Assembly (NCBI GenBank): GCA_013152375.1
Contig: JAADGM010000077.1
Location: 1 to 52,379 of the forward strand
DNA: 52,379 nt
Reading direction: 5' to 3'
From: FCB group bacterium
GTDB taxonomy: Bacteria > Fidelibacterota > Marinisomatia > SCGC-AAA003-L08 > JACNLC01
Shown here one piece after another: positions 18,927 to 29,135 of the stretch; the stretch's first letter is position 1, and each line of letters begins with the position of its first letter. The notes beneath the pieces were generated by a model. The model had not been told where the DNA came from and did no database searches. It was given only the letters and a program-made list of their open reading frames with translations. Both the position numbers and the translations under genes were made by a program.

Positions 18927-20321
18927 ATGCCGGAAACTGTAAATATTCTCCAAATGCTTGAAACCTGGTCTGCCGGTTTTGCGGATTTTATGTGGGGCAC
19001 ACCCCTGCTGGTGCTGTTATTGGGCGGCGGACTGTTTTTTACGATTTATTCCCGTTTCATTCCTTTCAGATACCTGGGGCATGCCCTTCAGATTGTCAGG
19101 GGAAAATTTGATGATCCCGATGAGCCGGGACAGATCAATCATTTTCAGGCTTTGTCCAGTGCTTTGGCCAGCACGGTGGGGATGGGGAACATCAGCGGTG
19201 TGGCTGTGGCCATCCATACCGGCGGACCCGGTGCACTTTTCTGGATGTGGATAAGCGCAATTGTAGGAATGGCTACAAAATTCTTCACCTGCACACTTTC
19301 GATTATGTATCGTGGGAAGGATGATCAGGGGGAGATACAGGGCGGACCGATGTATGTTGTCATGGAAGGAATGGGTCGTCGATTCAAGCCCCTGGCTGTC
19401 CTGTTCAGTGTGGCCGGTTTATTCGGCTGTCTGACCTTATTCCAGTCAAATCAACTGACCCAGATCATTGTGGATGAAATTTTTATTCCGGGGAATATCA
19501 GTATCGGAAGCCTGTTCTGGGATAAATTTATCATTGGTGTGATTACCGCTGTTCTAGTGGCAGCGGTGATTTTCGGCGGAATACGGCGGATTGGCTATGT
19601 GGCGGCCCGCATGGTGCCTATGATGGTCACGCTCTATCTGCTGGCGGGGATTGTCGTACTCCTTAGAAATTTCTCTGATCTGCCGGGATATTTCAGTCTC
19701 ATCGTCAGGGATGCCTTCACCGGTGATGCCGTCCTGGGTGGTGCCCTGGGGACGGTGATCATTACCGGAATTCGCCGGGCAGCGTTTTCCAACGAAGCGG
19801 GGATAGGGACTGAGGCTATGGCTCACGGTGCTGCAAAAACCAGTGAACCGGTTCGGGAAGGCATGGTGGCTATGATGGGTCCCCTCATCGATACTATTTT
19901 CGTATGCAGCATTACTGCCCTGGTAATTCTTTCCGCAGGCGTCTGGCAGGGGTCAGAGGCCAACGGTGTCACGCTCACGACTCAGGCATTCTCTCTGGGG
20001 CTGCCGGTAGTAGGGCGTTATATTCTGATTTTCTCGGTGTTCGTTTTCAGTCTCTCAACGATGATAGGATATTCTTATTACGGCGCTAAATGCACAAGCT
20101 TTCTCTTCGGTACCCGGTATAAAGTAACCTACCGGCAGGTTTACGTGCTTGCTATCATCCTTGGAGCCCTCGTCTCATTGGATGTCGTGATCAATTTTTT
20201 GGATGGTATGTTCGCATTGATGGCCATTCCTACCATGGTGTCTGCGTTGTTCCTGTCACCAAAAGTGATGAAGGAAACCAAAAATTATTTTCATCGTATG
20301 AAACAGTCGGGCTTAACCTAG
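18927..20321 (+). CDS. Alanine/glycine:cation symporter (AGCS family)
   Basis: ALASTVGMGNISGVA, GGPGALFWMW, GGPMY, FSNEAGIG, IDT-VCS-TA motifs. Confidence 0.95.
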   Translation: MPETVNILQMLETWSAGFADFMWGTPLLVLLLGGGLFFTIYSRFIPFRYLGHALQIVRGKFDDPDEPGQINHFQALSSALASTVGMGNISGVAVAIHTGGPGALFWMWISAIVGMATKFFTCTLSIMYRGKDDQGEIQGGPMYVVMEGMGRRFKPLAVLFSVAGLFGCLTLFQSNQLTQIIVDEIFIPGNISIGSLFWDKFIIGVITAVLVAAVIFGGIRRIGYVAARMVPMMVTLYLLAGIVVLLRNFSDLPGYFSLIVRDAFTGDAVLGGALGTVIITGIRRAAFSNEAGIGTEAMAHGAAKTSEPVREGMVAMMGPLIDTIFVCSITALVILSAGVWQGSEANGVTLTTQAFSLGLPVVGRYILIFSVFVFSLSTMIGYSYYGAKCTSFLFGTRYKVTYRQVYVLAIILGALVSLDVVINFLDGMFALMAIPTMVSALFLSPKVMKETKNYFHRMKQSGLT

Positions 20322-20401
20322 CCTCGTTGGGAGCTCCCTGTTTAAGTATTGATGTTCCCTAAAATGATCAGAGCCGGATTGTAGGCAAGACCGGAAGGTG
20401 T

Positions 20402-20959
20402 TTAGTTTTTAGCGAGGTAAGAAATTCTGTCCCGGATTTTGGCCGCGACTTCGTAATTTTCTTCTTCAATGGCAATCTGTAAGATATTCTGAAGGTTCTT
20501 CAGGGTTTCTTCCACTGCAGAATCGTCAGCCGGTGTGTCTATCGGTTCATGAGCTTTAGATTTGGTTTCAGTAATACCATTTAACAGAGTTTCGCTGGCG
20601 AAGATGGGAGCATTCATCCGCAGGCCTACCGCAATGGCGTCACTGGGACGGGAATCAATGGTGATTTCCCCATCCTGTTCATGTTGAAGGACGATTTTCG
20701 CGAAATAGGTTCCTTTGGAAAGGTGGGTGATTAAAACCCGCGTAACATCTGAATCCAGGGCCGTGATCACATCCACAAGCAAATCATGTGTGAGGGGGCG
20801 CGGCATCTCGACACCCTCAAAAGCCAGGGCAATTGCCTGAGCCTCCGTGGCACCGACAATTATGGGCAGGATGCGTTCACTGCCGATGTCTTTGAGTGTT
20901 ATGGCATAACCGCGGTCAGGGTTGTTGTAGGAGATTCTTATGACTTCAACTTCTAACAT
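20402..20959 (-). CDS. Bifunctional nuclease family (DUF151) protein with C-terminal UVR motif
   Basis: LPIIVG..EAQAI, PRPLTHDL, DSRPSDAIA; C-terminal ENYEVAAKIRD. Confidence 0.92.
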   Translation of the reverse strand: MLEVEVIRISYNNPDRGYAITLKDIGSERILPIIVGATEAQAIALAFEGVEMPRPLTHDLLVDVITALDSDVTRVLITHLSKGTYFAKIVLQHEQDGEITIDSRPSDAIAVGLRMNAPIFASETLLNGITETKSKAHEPIDTPADDSAVEETLKNLQNILQIAIEEENYEVAAKIRDRISYLAKN

Positions 20960-21005
20960 GACGACTGATGAAATTTATTTTGAAATACGAATAGAAACAA
21001 AGCGT

Positions 21006-22058
21006 TCAATTTGACATCTTTTTCTTCAACAACATGATCCTGTTCACAGGTGTGGGATCCGTTTCATTCAGCAGTGCGGTGTAATAACTTATCCAGTCAA
21101 CAAGATGGATCAATTTCAGAAGGCGCTCCAGGGGAGTGGTACCTTCAGTCTGAAGGGTGATCTCGCAGGCAGTTTTATCCTTCAAAAGGCCGCTGGTGAT
21201 CTCTCTGCGTTTTGAGACCCGCGGGTGATCATCCTGATCTGCCAGCCAGACGAGCGACAGATTTTTCAGCAGTTCTGCATTGCAGGTCCAGCCCTCGATC
21301 TCATTGTGGTTCTGTTCGGGGAGGACAAAGTGCCAGGCCAGCATTTTTGAATTTTCCGCCAGCTGTCCCCGGAAGCGCAGCGCCGCCACTTCCGAAAAAC
21401 CTGCAGTACCGTATATCACTGGTATGGTCCGGTGGATTTTTTCTGCGATCTGCTGGGCAAAATTCCCCTCGCTTTCAATTTGCAGTTCAGCGGCATTCTG
21501 CTTCACCTTTTCTGCAGCGTTATCAAGCTCGTACCGTATTTTGCCGGCAATGAAACCGGAACGTATAAGTATGCCGGTTAAAGCTGCGAGCGAATATCCC
21601 AGGGCGGCCCGGGGCTGCAGTCCGGCCGGGACTTTGATGAGGTCGTACCCTTTTTTCTCTGCCAGATCACTGATTTTTCCTCCCGTCGAAAGTACTGTGA
21701 TATGAGCTCCGCTTTTTTCTGCGGCGGAGAAGGCGGACAAGGTCTCTTCGGTATTGCCTGAATACGAGGATGCGATCACGAATGTGGACGCATCGACCCA
21801 GGCTGGGATCACATAGGACCGGTTCACCAGGATTGGAAGTCTGCATTGGGATCCCACAAGGGTTCTAAGCAGGTCCCCCCCTATGGCAGAGCCGCCCATC
21901 CCCAGAATCAAAATGGTTGAATATTGCCTGGGTGCGATTTCAATTTTCCAGGTATCGACCTGGTTCAGTATCAGTCTGATCTGGTCCGGGAAACCGGCAA
22001 TGGCAGCATGCATATCGCTGCCGTCATATTTTGATTTTAACCTGGGAAAATTTGTCAA
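21006..22058 (-). CDS. Bifunctional phosphoglucose/phosphomannose isomerase (SIS domains)
   Basis: GMGGSAIGG, SYSGNTEET, QPRAAL, ENSK, PEQNHNEI, DPTPV. TTG start at 22058 preferred (4 nt after the upstream stop, AGGA RBS); ORF track gives 22091. Confidence 0.92.
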   Translation of the reverse strand: MTNFPRLKSKYDGSDMHAAIAGFPDQIRLILNQVDTWKIEIAPRQYSTILILGMGGSAIGGDLLRTLVGSQCRLPILVNRSYVIPAWVDASTFVIASSYSGNTEETLSAFSAAEKSGAHITVLSTGGKISDLAEKKGYDLIKVPAGLQPRAALGYSLAALTGILIRSGFIAGKIRYELDNAAEKVKQNAAELQIESEGNFAQQIAEKIHRTIPVIYGTAGFSEVAALRFRGQLAENSKMLAWHFVLPEQNHNEIEGWTCNAELLKNLSLVWLADQDDHPRVSKRREITSGLLKDKTACEITLQTEGTTPLERLLKLIHLVDWISYYTALLNETDPTPVNRIMLLKKKMSN

Positions 22059-22062
22059 AGAT

Positions 22063-23019
22063 CTATTTCCTTCTGTTAGTGATGATGTCACTGAAATATC
22101 TCAATTCAGTGGTGTCAATCGGAATTTTCGTAAGTAATTCATTCGCCTGTCGAATTGTCATGGAGATAAAATCCTGGGTATTGCCGGTGATGCCGGATGT
22201 GTTCAACAGGTTGCGAAGGAGGTACAACCCGGCTGAATAGTCCTCTTTGGCAAGTGTTATGGCCTGGTGTGTTTCCACCGGCAGTCGTTCCATTGCCTGG
22301 ATCAGGATATATGTTTTCTTTTCCAGGATGAGATCACTTTTAAGAGATTTTCCCATATTGGAGGCTTCTGAATAGACCTCAAGCAAATCATCCTGAACCT
22401 GAAAAGCCCTGCCGATCAGACGTGCATAATCCCTCAGTGCCACCTGAATATCCCGCGGGGCATCCGCCGAGATAGCTCCCAGTTCCGCTGCCAAACCCAC
22501 CAGGTGGCCCGTTTTCAGGTCAATCATCTCGATATAATCATTGAGCGAGACGGAAGCCAGCGTCTCAAACTCTTTATCAAGAGCCTGTCCCTCGCAGACT
22601 CTGAGCAAGCCCTCGGTGAAACTGTCCAGCAGTTGGCGCGTGCGGTTTTCACACTTCAGGATCAGTTTCAAAGCCAGTGAAACCATGGCATCACCGGTGA
22701 GAATAGCACTGCCAAGATCCCATTTTTCGTGGACTGTTTTCTGGCCGTGGCGCAGCGCGTCGTCGTCCATGATATCATCATGCACCAGTGTAAAATTATG
22801 CAGCACTTCAACGGCAATGGCGGCGGGTAACCCCCGGTGATAATCTCCGCAACAGGCATCGGCACAGATGAGGGTAAGGATGGGCCTAAGACGTTTTCCC
22901 CCTCCTGTAAGCACATAATGGATAGGTTCGGTGAGGGAAACCGGGCCGGAGGGATAGATCCCGGCGATGGCAGAATTGATCAGATCCCTGAATTTTTCGT
23001 GCCGGCTATTTTCCATCAA
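22063..23019 (-). CDS. Short-chain polyprenyl diphosphate synthase (GGPP/FPP synthase)
   Basis: GGKRLRP, HNFTLVHDDIMD (first Asp-rich motif), GQALD, KT, FQVQDDLLE. Confidence 0.93.
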   Translation of the reverse strand: MMENSRHEKFRDLINSAIAGIYPSGPVSLTEPIHYVLTGGGKRLRPILTLICADACCGDYHRGLPAAIAVEVLHNFTLVHDDIMDDDALRHGQKTVHEKWDLGSAILTGDAMVSLALKLILKCENRTRQLLDSFTEGLLRVCEGQALDKEFETLASVSLNDYIEMIDLKTGHLVGLAAELGAISADAPRDIQVALRDYARLIGRAFQVQDDLLEVYSEASNMGKSLKSDLILEKKTYILIQAMERLPVETHQAITLAKEDYSAGLYLLRNLLNTSGITGNTQDFISMTIRQANELLTKIPIDTTELRYFSDIITNRRK

Positions 23020-24376
23020 TCGTAATTGTGCCGAAATCGCTTAATTTGGAAAGTACCAGCTCTTTGATTTCTTCCATCCGCTCGGGTGTTTGAGCCTCAA
23101 AACGGCAGACGATTACCGGCTGGGTATTTGAGGCTCTCACGAGTCCCCAACCGTCGCCGAATTTAATCCGAACGCCATCGACTGTGATGCAGTCAAAATT
23201 TTCGCTGAAATATTCCTCCGCCTGCCGGGCGATCCTGAATTTTTCCTCATCACTCGGGCAGTCCATCCGCAATTCAGGAGTGGAGTAGTAAACCGGGATT
23301 TCCCGGACCATCTCAGATAGTGGTGTATCAGTCTGAGATAATTTCTGGGCCATTCGGAGGGAAACATATACGGCGTCATCAAACCCGTAAAAATCATCCG
23401 CAAAAAACAGATGGCCGCTCATTTCACCGGCAAACTTGACATGTTCTTCTTTCATTTTATCTTTGATGAGGGAGTGGCCGGTTTTCCACATGATGGGACG
23501 ACCGCCGTACTTGAGGATCATGTCCTCCAGAGCCTGACTGCATTTCACGTCGAAGACAACTGCGTCGTCAGGTTCAATGATCTCTGGAAGAAACAGCGCC
23601 ATCATATTATCGGCTCGGATAATACCACCTTTATTATCTATTATCACGACCCTGTCGGCATCTCCGTCATAGGCAGCACCAAAATCGTACTGACCGGTTT
23701 TCATCAGTTCCACGATATCGGTCAGGTTTGCATCCACTGTGGGATCGGGGTGATGGTTCGGGAAAGCAGCATCGACCTCACAGTAAAGTTCGGTCACATT
23801 CATGCCCAGTTCTTTAAAGACGCGCGGGGCAGTGAGGCAGCCGGTGGCGTTGCCGCAATCGAGGACTACATTCAGGGGACGTTTGATCCTGATCTTATGC
23901 CGCAGCATACTCAGATAGTCTTCCAGGATAGGCAGTTCTTCTATCGTCCCCCGGCCTGTTTCAAAATCTCTTTTTTCGATGAGTTTCCGCAATTCCTGAA
24001 TTTGATCACCATAAAAGGCTCTCGTCTTGTAGGAGAGTTTAAACCCGTTGAATTCAGGTGGATTGTGACTTCCGGTAATCTGAACGGCCCCGGCAATTTC
24101 CAGGTGATACATGCTGAAATAATTGGCCGGTGTGGGAATGATGCCCATGTCGAGTACATGCACGCCCGTTTCCATGAGACCCTTACCGAATAGTTTTTTT
24201 AAGTCCGGCGACGTATCGCGGATGTCCCCGCTAAGAGCGACCATTGAACCGCCTTCCCGTATGATGAAGGTCCCAAAGGCCCGGCCTAAATCCAGGACGA
24301 CGTCGTCCGTGAAGTCCTCTTTGACAATTCCCCGGATATCATATTTTCTGAAGATATATGTGTTCATAATGGACAC
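23006..24376 (-). CDS. Phosphomannomutase/phosphoglucomutase (AlgC-like)
   Basis: FRKYDIRG, catalytic TGSHNP, metal loop DGDADR, GEMSGH, VRASNTQP. Confidence 0.95.
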   Translation of the reverse strand: MSIMNTYIFRKYDIRGIVKEDFTDDVVLDLGRAFGTFIIREGGSMVALSGDIRDTSPDLKKLFGKGLMETGVHVLDMGIIPTPANYFSMYHLEIAGAVQITGSHNPPEFNGFKLSYKTRAFYGDQIQELRKLIEKRDFETGRGTIEELPILEDYLSMLRHKIRIKRPLNVVLDCGNATGCLTAPRVFKELGMNVTELYCEVDAAFPNHHPDPTVDANLTDIVELMKTGQYDFGAAYDGDADRVVIIDNKGGIIRADNMMALFLPEIIEPDDAVVFDVKCSQALEDMILKYGGRPIMWKTGHSLIKDKMKEEHVKFAGEMSGHLFFADDFYGFDDAVYVSLRMAQKLSQTDTPLSEMVREIPVYYSTPELRMDCPSDEEKFRIARQAEEYFSENFDCITVDGVRIKFGDGWGLVRASNTQPVIVCRFEAQTPERMEEIKELVLSKLSDFGTITIDGK

Positions 24377-24450
24377 CCATTCCTTTTTTTCTGATCATTT
24401 TATCTCTTACCAACTCCGCCGTAAGGGTCTTTTACCTCATACACGTCCGA

Positions 24451-25584
24451 TCAAACAGGGTATACTTTGCCCAGCACGGTCTCATGGCGGGCACCAGTGA
24501 CGCCAATCATATTTGCAGGCAGACGCTTCAGTCTTGCCACTGCAAGCACTGCGATGAGGAGGGCTTCTTTCAAATCTCCATCTGGACCCGCATCGCCGGA
24601 ATGAAGGATTTCCTCAATGGTAAGGGCATCCTTCAGCTCCTGCAGCAGGATCGGATGCCGCACTCCGCCACCCGCTAAGACCAATCTGGAATTATCCCCG
24701 GGAAATTTAAGGTGGTTTGTGATGTTCGCTGAAATGCTTTTCGCAGTGAACGCGACGAATGTCCGCATGAAATTTTTCCGGGGAATATCCGGAAACAACT
24801 TCAGTAATTTCTGTAAATATGCAGGGCCGAACTCATGCCGGCCGGTGGATTTTGGAGGTTTTTTAACCACGAAAGGATGATGCATCAACCCTGAGAGCAG
24901 TTTTTCGTCAGTGGTTCCGTTGACTGAAAACATGCCGTTTTGGTCGCAATCAGTCCCATAGAAATATTTGGCTGCTTCATCGATCAATGCCATACCGGGA
25001 CCTGTGTCAAAGCCAGAGACATCACGGCGCCGGCTGTGGGGCGGTATATGGGTGAGATTGGCGATTCCACCTATGTTCAGGGTGAGGGTGTGCTGAGATA
25101 AATTATGGTAGAGCAGCCAGTCCAGAAAAGGAACCAGAGGAGCGCCATTGCCGCCGGCCATGATGTCTGCTGTACGGAAGTCATAAACTACGGGAACTTC
25201 AAGCAATTCGGCTAAAGGTTTTACATCTCCGATCTGCAAAGTGGATACGCCGTCCTCATGGGCAACCGTCTGCCCGTGAGAACCTGCCAGGTCGATTTTC
25301 CGGCCTTGCAGAAAGCGCTTCACAGAAGCTGCAAAAACAGCCCCCAACCGGTGATGGGCAGCCTCAATCTGTTGATGATCTCCCTTTAGGGCCTGTCGGA
25401 TCAGCTTGCGGGTTTCATCCGAATAGGGATATGTTCTGAAATCCAACACCTCATAGGCAAACTCATAATCAGTGGAAAGGCGGATCCTGCACAGCAGACA
25501 ATCCAGTCCGTCCATGGAAGTACCTGACATGAGCCCCAGGGCTGTGAGGGAGGATTGGTTAACAGACGGTGGGGAGGAGGACAT
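24451..25584 (-). CDS. anmK: Anhydro-N-acetylmuramic acid kinase
   Basis: GLMSGTSMDGLD, GSHGQT, GGNGAPLVP, NIGGIAN, FDTGPG, PKSTGR. Confidence 0.95.
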   Translation of the reverse strand: MSSSPPSVNQSSLTALGLMSGTSMDGLDCLLCRIRLSTDYEFAYEVLDFRTYPYSDETRKLIRQALKGDHQQIEAAHHRLGAVFAASVKRFLQGRKIDLAGSHGQTVAHEDGVSTLQIGDVKPLAELLEVPVVYDFRTADIMAGGNGAPLVPFLDWLLYHNLSQHTLTLNIGGIANLTHIPPHSRRRDVSGFDTGPGMALIDEAAKYFYGTDCDQNGMFSVNGTTDEKLLSGLMHHPFVVKKPPKSTGRHEFGPAYLQKLLKLFPDIPRKNFMRTFVAFTAKSISANITNHLKFPGDNSRLVLAGGGVRHPILLQELKDALTIEEILHSGDAGPDGDLKEALLIAVLAVARLKRLPANMIGVTGARHETVLGKVYPV

Positions 25585-25602
25585 ACCGGTGCGATGAGCC
25601 TC

Positions 25603-26490
25603 TCAACCGATGACCTTGCGCAAAGAACCACCGCATTGCTCGAGTGAGGTTTTAGCAGATGCGTAATCCTGTGAGCAGCAGGCCATGACGATCGCTGTTT
25701 TGACTTCACCTTTGGCTGAAATTAACAGTTCCCGGGCGGATTCATAATCCAAAGGTACAAATTCACGGATGATCCTCGTTCCCCGGTCCCACAATTTTTG
25801 ATTGAGCGCCTTCAAATCAACCATGAGATTGCCGTAGGTCTTGTTGAGTTTGATCATCGTGGTTGTACTGATCATGTTCAAAACCAGTTTGGTTGCCGTA
25901 CCGGCTTTCATGCGGGTGGAACCGGTGATAATCTCAGGACCGACAATGACCGGTATAAGGACATCAATATACGCCGGTTTTGCCATTTCATTGCAGATCA
26001 GCAAGCCCGTTGAAGCGCCCATTTCGGCAGCTCTTTCCAGTGCCGCCAGCACATAAGGGGTCGCAGAACTGGTGGATATTCCAAGCACTACATCCTGAGG
26101 AGTCACCGCCGCCTTTTCCACGGAAGCCTTCCCCTCTGCCAGGCTGTCTTCTGCATTTTCAACCGACTGCACCAGGGCTTTTTCGCCGCCGGCAATGATT
26201 CCCTGAACCAGTGTCGGCTCAACGGAAAACGTCGGCGGGCACTCGGCTGCATCCAGAACGCCCAACCGGCCGCTCGTGCCGGAACCCACATAAAAAAGCC
26301 GGCCATCGCTGCTAAGCGCCTTCACGGTTAAGCGGACAAAATCTTCGATTCGTGGAATGGCTCCTTCCACTGCCCCGGCCACTGTTGCATCTTCCGCATT
26401 GATCAGTTCGAGAATGTCACGAATGGACTTTGAATCAATGTCTGCGGATTTTTTATTTCGTCTCTCAGTGATTTTTTCCACCAAAGGCAT
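25603..26490 (-). CDS. murQ: N-acetylmuramic acid 6-phosphate etherase
   Basis: TE-RN, GSGTSGRLGVLDAAECPPTF, GPEIITGSTRMKAGTA, GNLMVD. Confidence 0.97.
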   Translation of the reverse strand: MPLVEKITERRNKKSADIDSKSIRDILELINAEDATVAGAVEGAIPRIEDFVRLTVKALSSDGRLFYVGSGTSGRLGVLDAAECPPTFSVEPTLVQGIIAGGEKALVQSVENAEDSLAEGKASVEKAAVTPQDVVLGISTSSATPYVLAALERAAEMGASTGLLICNEMAKPAYIDVLIPVIVGPEIITGSTRMKAGTATKLVLNMISTTTMIKLNKTYGNLMVDLKALNQKLWDRGTRIIREFVPLDYESARELLISAKGEVKTAIVMACCSQDYASAKTSLEQCGGSLRKVIG

Positions 26491-26562
26491 AACTGTTTCC
26501 TTTGATTGTTTTTATACTTACTGGTAATTTTTCTTCCATCTTATGAAATTAATTTTCACAAT

Positions 26563-27774
26563 ATGCTCGCCTTAAACTTAGCCCTGATCGGTCTTATATT
26601 TTCAGCTATCTTTTCCAGCTCTGAGATTGCCCTGATCACGGCGAATAAGCTCCAGTTCAAAGTCTGGATCAAGCAGAACCGTACAGGAGCCTCTTCGGGA
26701 TATTCCATCTTAAAGGCCAGGGAAGAATACCTGGCGACAATTCTGTTTGGAACCAATCTCTCAAATATATTGGCCACCTCTTTCGCCACGGTTTATCTGC
26801 AGGATTATTTTTCCTATCCGGTGCTGCTGGTTATGATCACGGCAACCATTCTGCTGTTTGGGGAGATCCTCCCGAAAACGATCATCCGGGAGCATGCGAA
26901 TTCAGGACTAAAAATTCTGGCACCCATTCTGATTGCCACCCGGTATCTTTTCTACCCGGTAATTTTTTTGCTCTATAAAGCCGGCTGGATTTCATACTCC
27001 AAAACCATTTCAAGTGCTGAAGAACTGGCGGAGGAAAGAGATGACCTGCAGCATGTTTACGAACAGATCAGCGATCCTGAAACCATGGAACGGGAGCAGC
27101 AGGAAATGATCTCCAACGTGTTTGAATTCGGAGAAGCCGTCGTCTCGGATGCCATGACACCCAGAACGGATATTTCCGCCGTCTCCATCAACAATTCTCT
27201 GGAGGAAGCCCTGCAGATCTTCATTGATTCGGGGCATTCAAAATTACCGGTTTTCGATAGTGATTTTGATGACATTATCGGTGCCATTCATGTCTATGAT
27301 ATGTTTAATAATCCGGAAAACATTGCCGATATTCTAAAGCCCATTCTGCACATCCCCTTTTCAAAACCGGTGACGGATACCCTTTCGGAATTTCAGACTG
27401 CCCACCACGCCATGGCCATCGTACTGGATGAACATGGCGGAACAGCCGGCCTGGTAACCGCAGAAGATCTGTTTGAGGAGCTCTTCGGTGAATTTGAAGA
27501 TGAGTTTGATGCGGACGAACACAAGGCTGAAATGATGCCAGACGGCTCCATCATCGCCAGCGCTGCCTTGAATTGGGATGTTTTCAATGAGAAATTCGGC
27601 CCGCTTATCCCTGAAGGGGACTATGAAACACTGGGAGGCTATATTATGGAAGAGATCGGACGTATTCCTTACCGTGGAGAACATCTCTACCTGCCCATCG
27701 GAAAAGTCATCATCAAGAAGGCCTCTGCCCGAACCATCGAACAGGTACAGATCTATCCCAGCCTTAAAAGCTGA
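26563..27774 (+). CDS. CNNM/hemolysin-family protein (DUF21-CBS-CorC/HlyC), putative Mg2+/Co2+ transporter
   Basis: FSSSEIAL, FGEILPK, MTPRTD, GHSKLPV, LDEHGGTAGLVTAED, YETLGG. ATG 26563 preferred to 26506. Confidence 0.92.
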   Translation: MLALNLALIGLIFSAIFSSSEIALITANKLQFKVWIKQNRTGASSGYSILKAREEYLATILFGTNLSNILATSFATVYLQDYFSYPVLLVMITATILLFGEILPKTIIREHANSGLKILAPILIATRYLFYPVIFLLYKAGWISYSKTISSAEELAEERDDLQHVYEQISDPETMEREQQEMISNVFEFGEAVVSDAMTPRTDISAVSINNSLEEALQIFIDSGHSKLPVFDSDFDDIIGAIHVYDMFNNPENIADILKPILHIPFSKPVTDTLSEFQTAHHAMAIVLDEHGGTAGLVTAEDLFEELFGEFEDEFDADEHKAEMMPDGSIIASAALNWDVFNEKFGPLIPEGDYETLGGYIMEEIGRIPYRGEHLYLPIGKVIIKKASARTIEQVQIYPSLKS

Positions 27775-27908
27775 TTTCCATCCCTGTTTCACTCGAGGGT
27801 CCTGTACCGGAAGGCGATAAATTTTTTCGGGAAATTTTACAGAGAATTGTGAGAACATTACCGGACCACCCCATTAAATTACCTATCTAAATTAAGAGAA
27901 AATTTAAG

Positions 27909-29135
27909 TTGACCATCTCCCGGTATATTGCTTTCAGACATCTGCGGTCCAAACATACTTTTGGCTTCATTTCTTTTACGACGTTATTAAGCATAATCGG
28001 ACTCATGCTGGGCGTTGCTTCTTTAAATATTATCTCCTCTTTTTCATCAGGATTCTCGGACCGGATCCAGAAAAAACTCTCTGATATTGACGGTCATATC
28101 CGTATTAAGAAGTATGCTCACAGTCAGGATCCTGCCCTGTCCTGGCAGGAATATGTGACGATACAGGATTCACTGCAAACTCTCCCGGAAATTGAAACAG
28201 CTATTCCATACATTGAAAAAAGGGCAATGGTGCGGAAAAAAAATTCGACTGAGGGTATTCTCCTGTATGGTGTTCCGGATTCATCTCTCATCCCTGTTTT
28301 CCATCTGGATGAATTTATCAGTGCAGGGTCGCTGGAATTTACGGCGGGGGATCAACTGATCCTGGGAAGCCGCCTTGCTGAAGAGCTGGGTCTGCAGATC
28401 AACAGTAGCGTCATTATCTTTGATCTGGAGAAGACGGTTTTTGAAAATTCATTGTCAGCAAGGAGATTCATCGTAACCGGGATCATTAAGACGGGGTTCT
28501 CCGAATATGACAAGATCATCGCTTTCATACCCCTGCGTTCAGCTCAGGAATTTTTTATTCCAGATAATGGTGTGACGGGGATCATTGCCAATTTTCAGCA
28601 TCCCGACCGAATCGCTGAGATCGACGAACAAATACTGGGGAAAATCGGCAGCTATCCCTACATCACCTCCACCTGGCTCGAACGACATGCGACGCTCTTT
28701 AACTGGCTGAATATCTATGACCTGCCCATAAAACTGGTCATGATCTTTATTACCCTGGTGGCAATTTTTAATATCTCTTCAACTCTGTGGATGATCATCA
28801 GTGAGAAAACGAGGGACATTGGAATCCTGAAAACCATAGGCTTCAGTTCCGGACATATCAGAAATATCTTTTTAACGGAAGGTTTTGTGATAGGCCTGGC
28901 AGGTGCTTCATTAGGCCTGGCTGGCAGTGTTATTTTCCTGGCCCTGCAGGTTAAGTACAAATTTATTTCGCTGTCTTCCGATGTCTATTTTCTGGAATAC
29001 CTGCCGGTTCACTGGTCCGTTGAAAATATTGCACTATACCCGGCAGTGGCGTTATTCCTGTCTCTGGCAGCGTCCTATATTCCCTGTCTGAAGGCAAAAA
29101 ACATACAACCCTCAGAGGCAGTGAGGTACGAATGA
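27909..29135 (+). CDS. Lipoprotein-releasing ABC transporter permease (LolC/E family)
   Basis: IAFRHLR, one TM, large periplasmic domain, then EKTRDIGILKTIG and three TMs; YFLEYLPV; ends EAVRYE. Confidence 0.9.
   Translation: MTISRYIAFRHLRSKHTFGFISFTTLLSIIGLMLGVASLNIISSFSSGFSDRIQKKLSDIDGHIRIKKYAHSQDPALSWQEYVTIQDSLQTLPEIETAIPYIEKRAMVRKKNSTEGILLYGVPDSSLIPVFHLDEFISAGSLEFTAGDQLILGSRLAEELGLQINSSVIIFDLEKTVFENSLSARRFIVTGIIKTGFSEYDKIIAFIPLRSAQEFFIPDNGVTGIIANFQHPDRIAEIDEQILGKIGSYPYITSTWLERHATLFNWLNIYDLPIKLVMIFITLVAIFNISSTLWMIISEKTRDIGILKTIGFSSGHIRNIFLTEGFVIGLAGASLGLAGSVIFLALQVKYKFISLSSDVYFLEYLPVHWSVENIALYPAVALFLSLAASYIPCLKAKNIQPSEAVRYE

Noticed and set aside
23411-24193. 260-aa antisense ORF inside the PMM gene, and similar shadow ORFs over hao, nar, clpC, dnaK and tamB
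   Set aside because: Antisense or out-of-frame to well-supported genes and without protein motifs.
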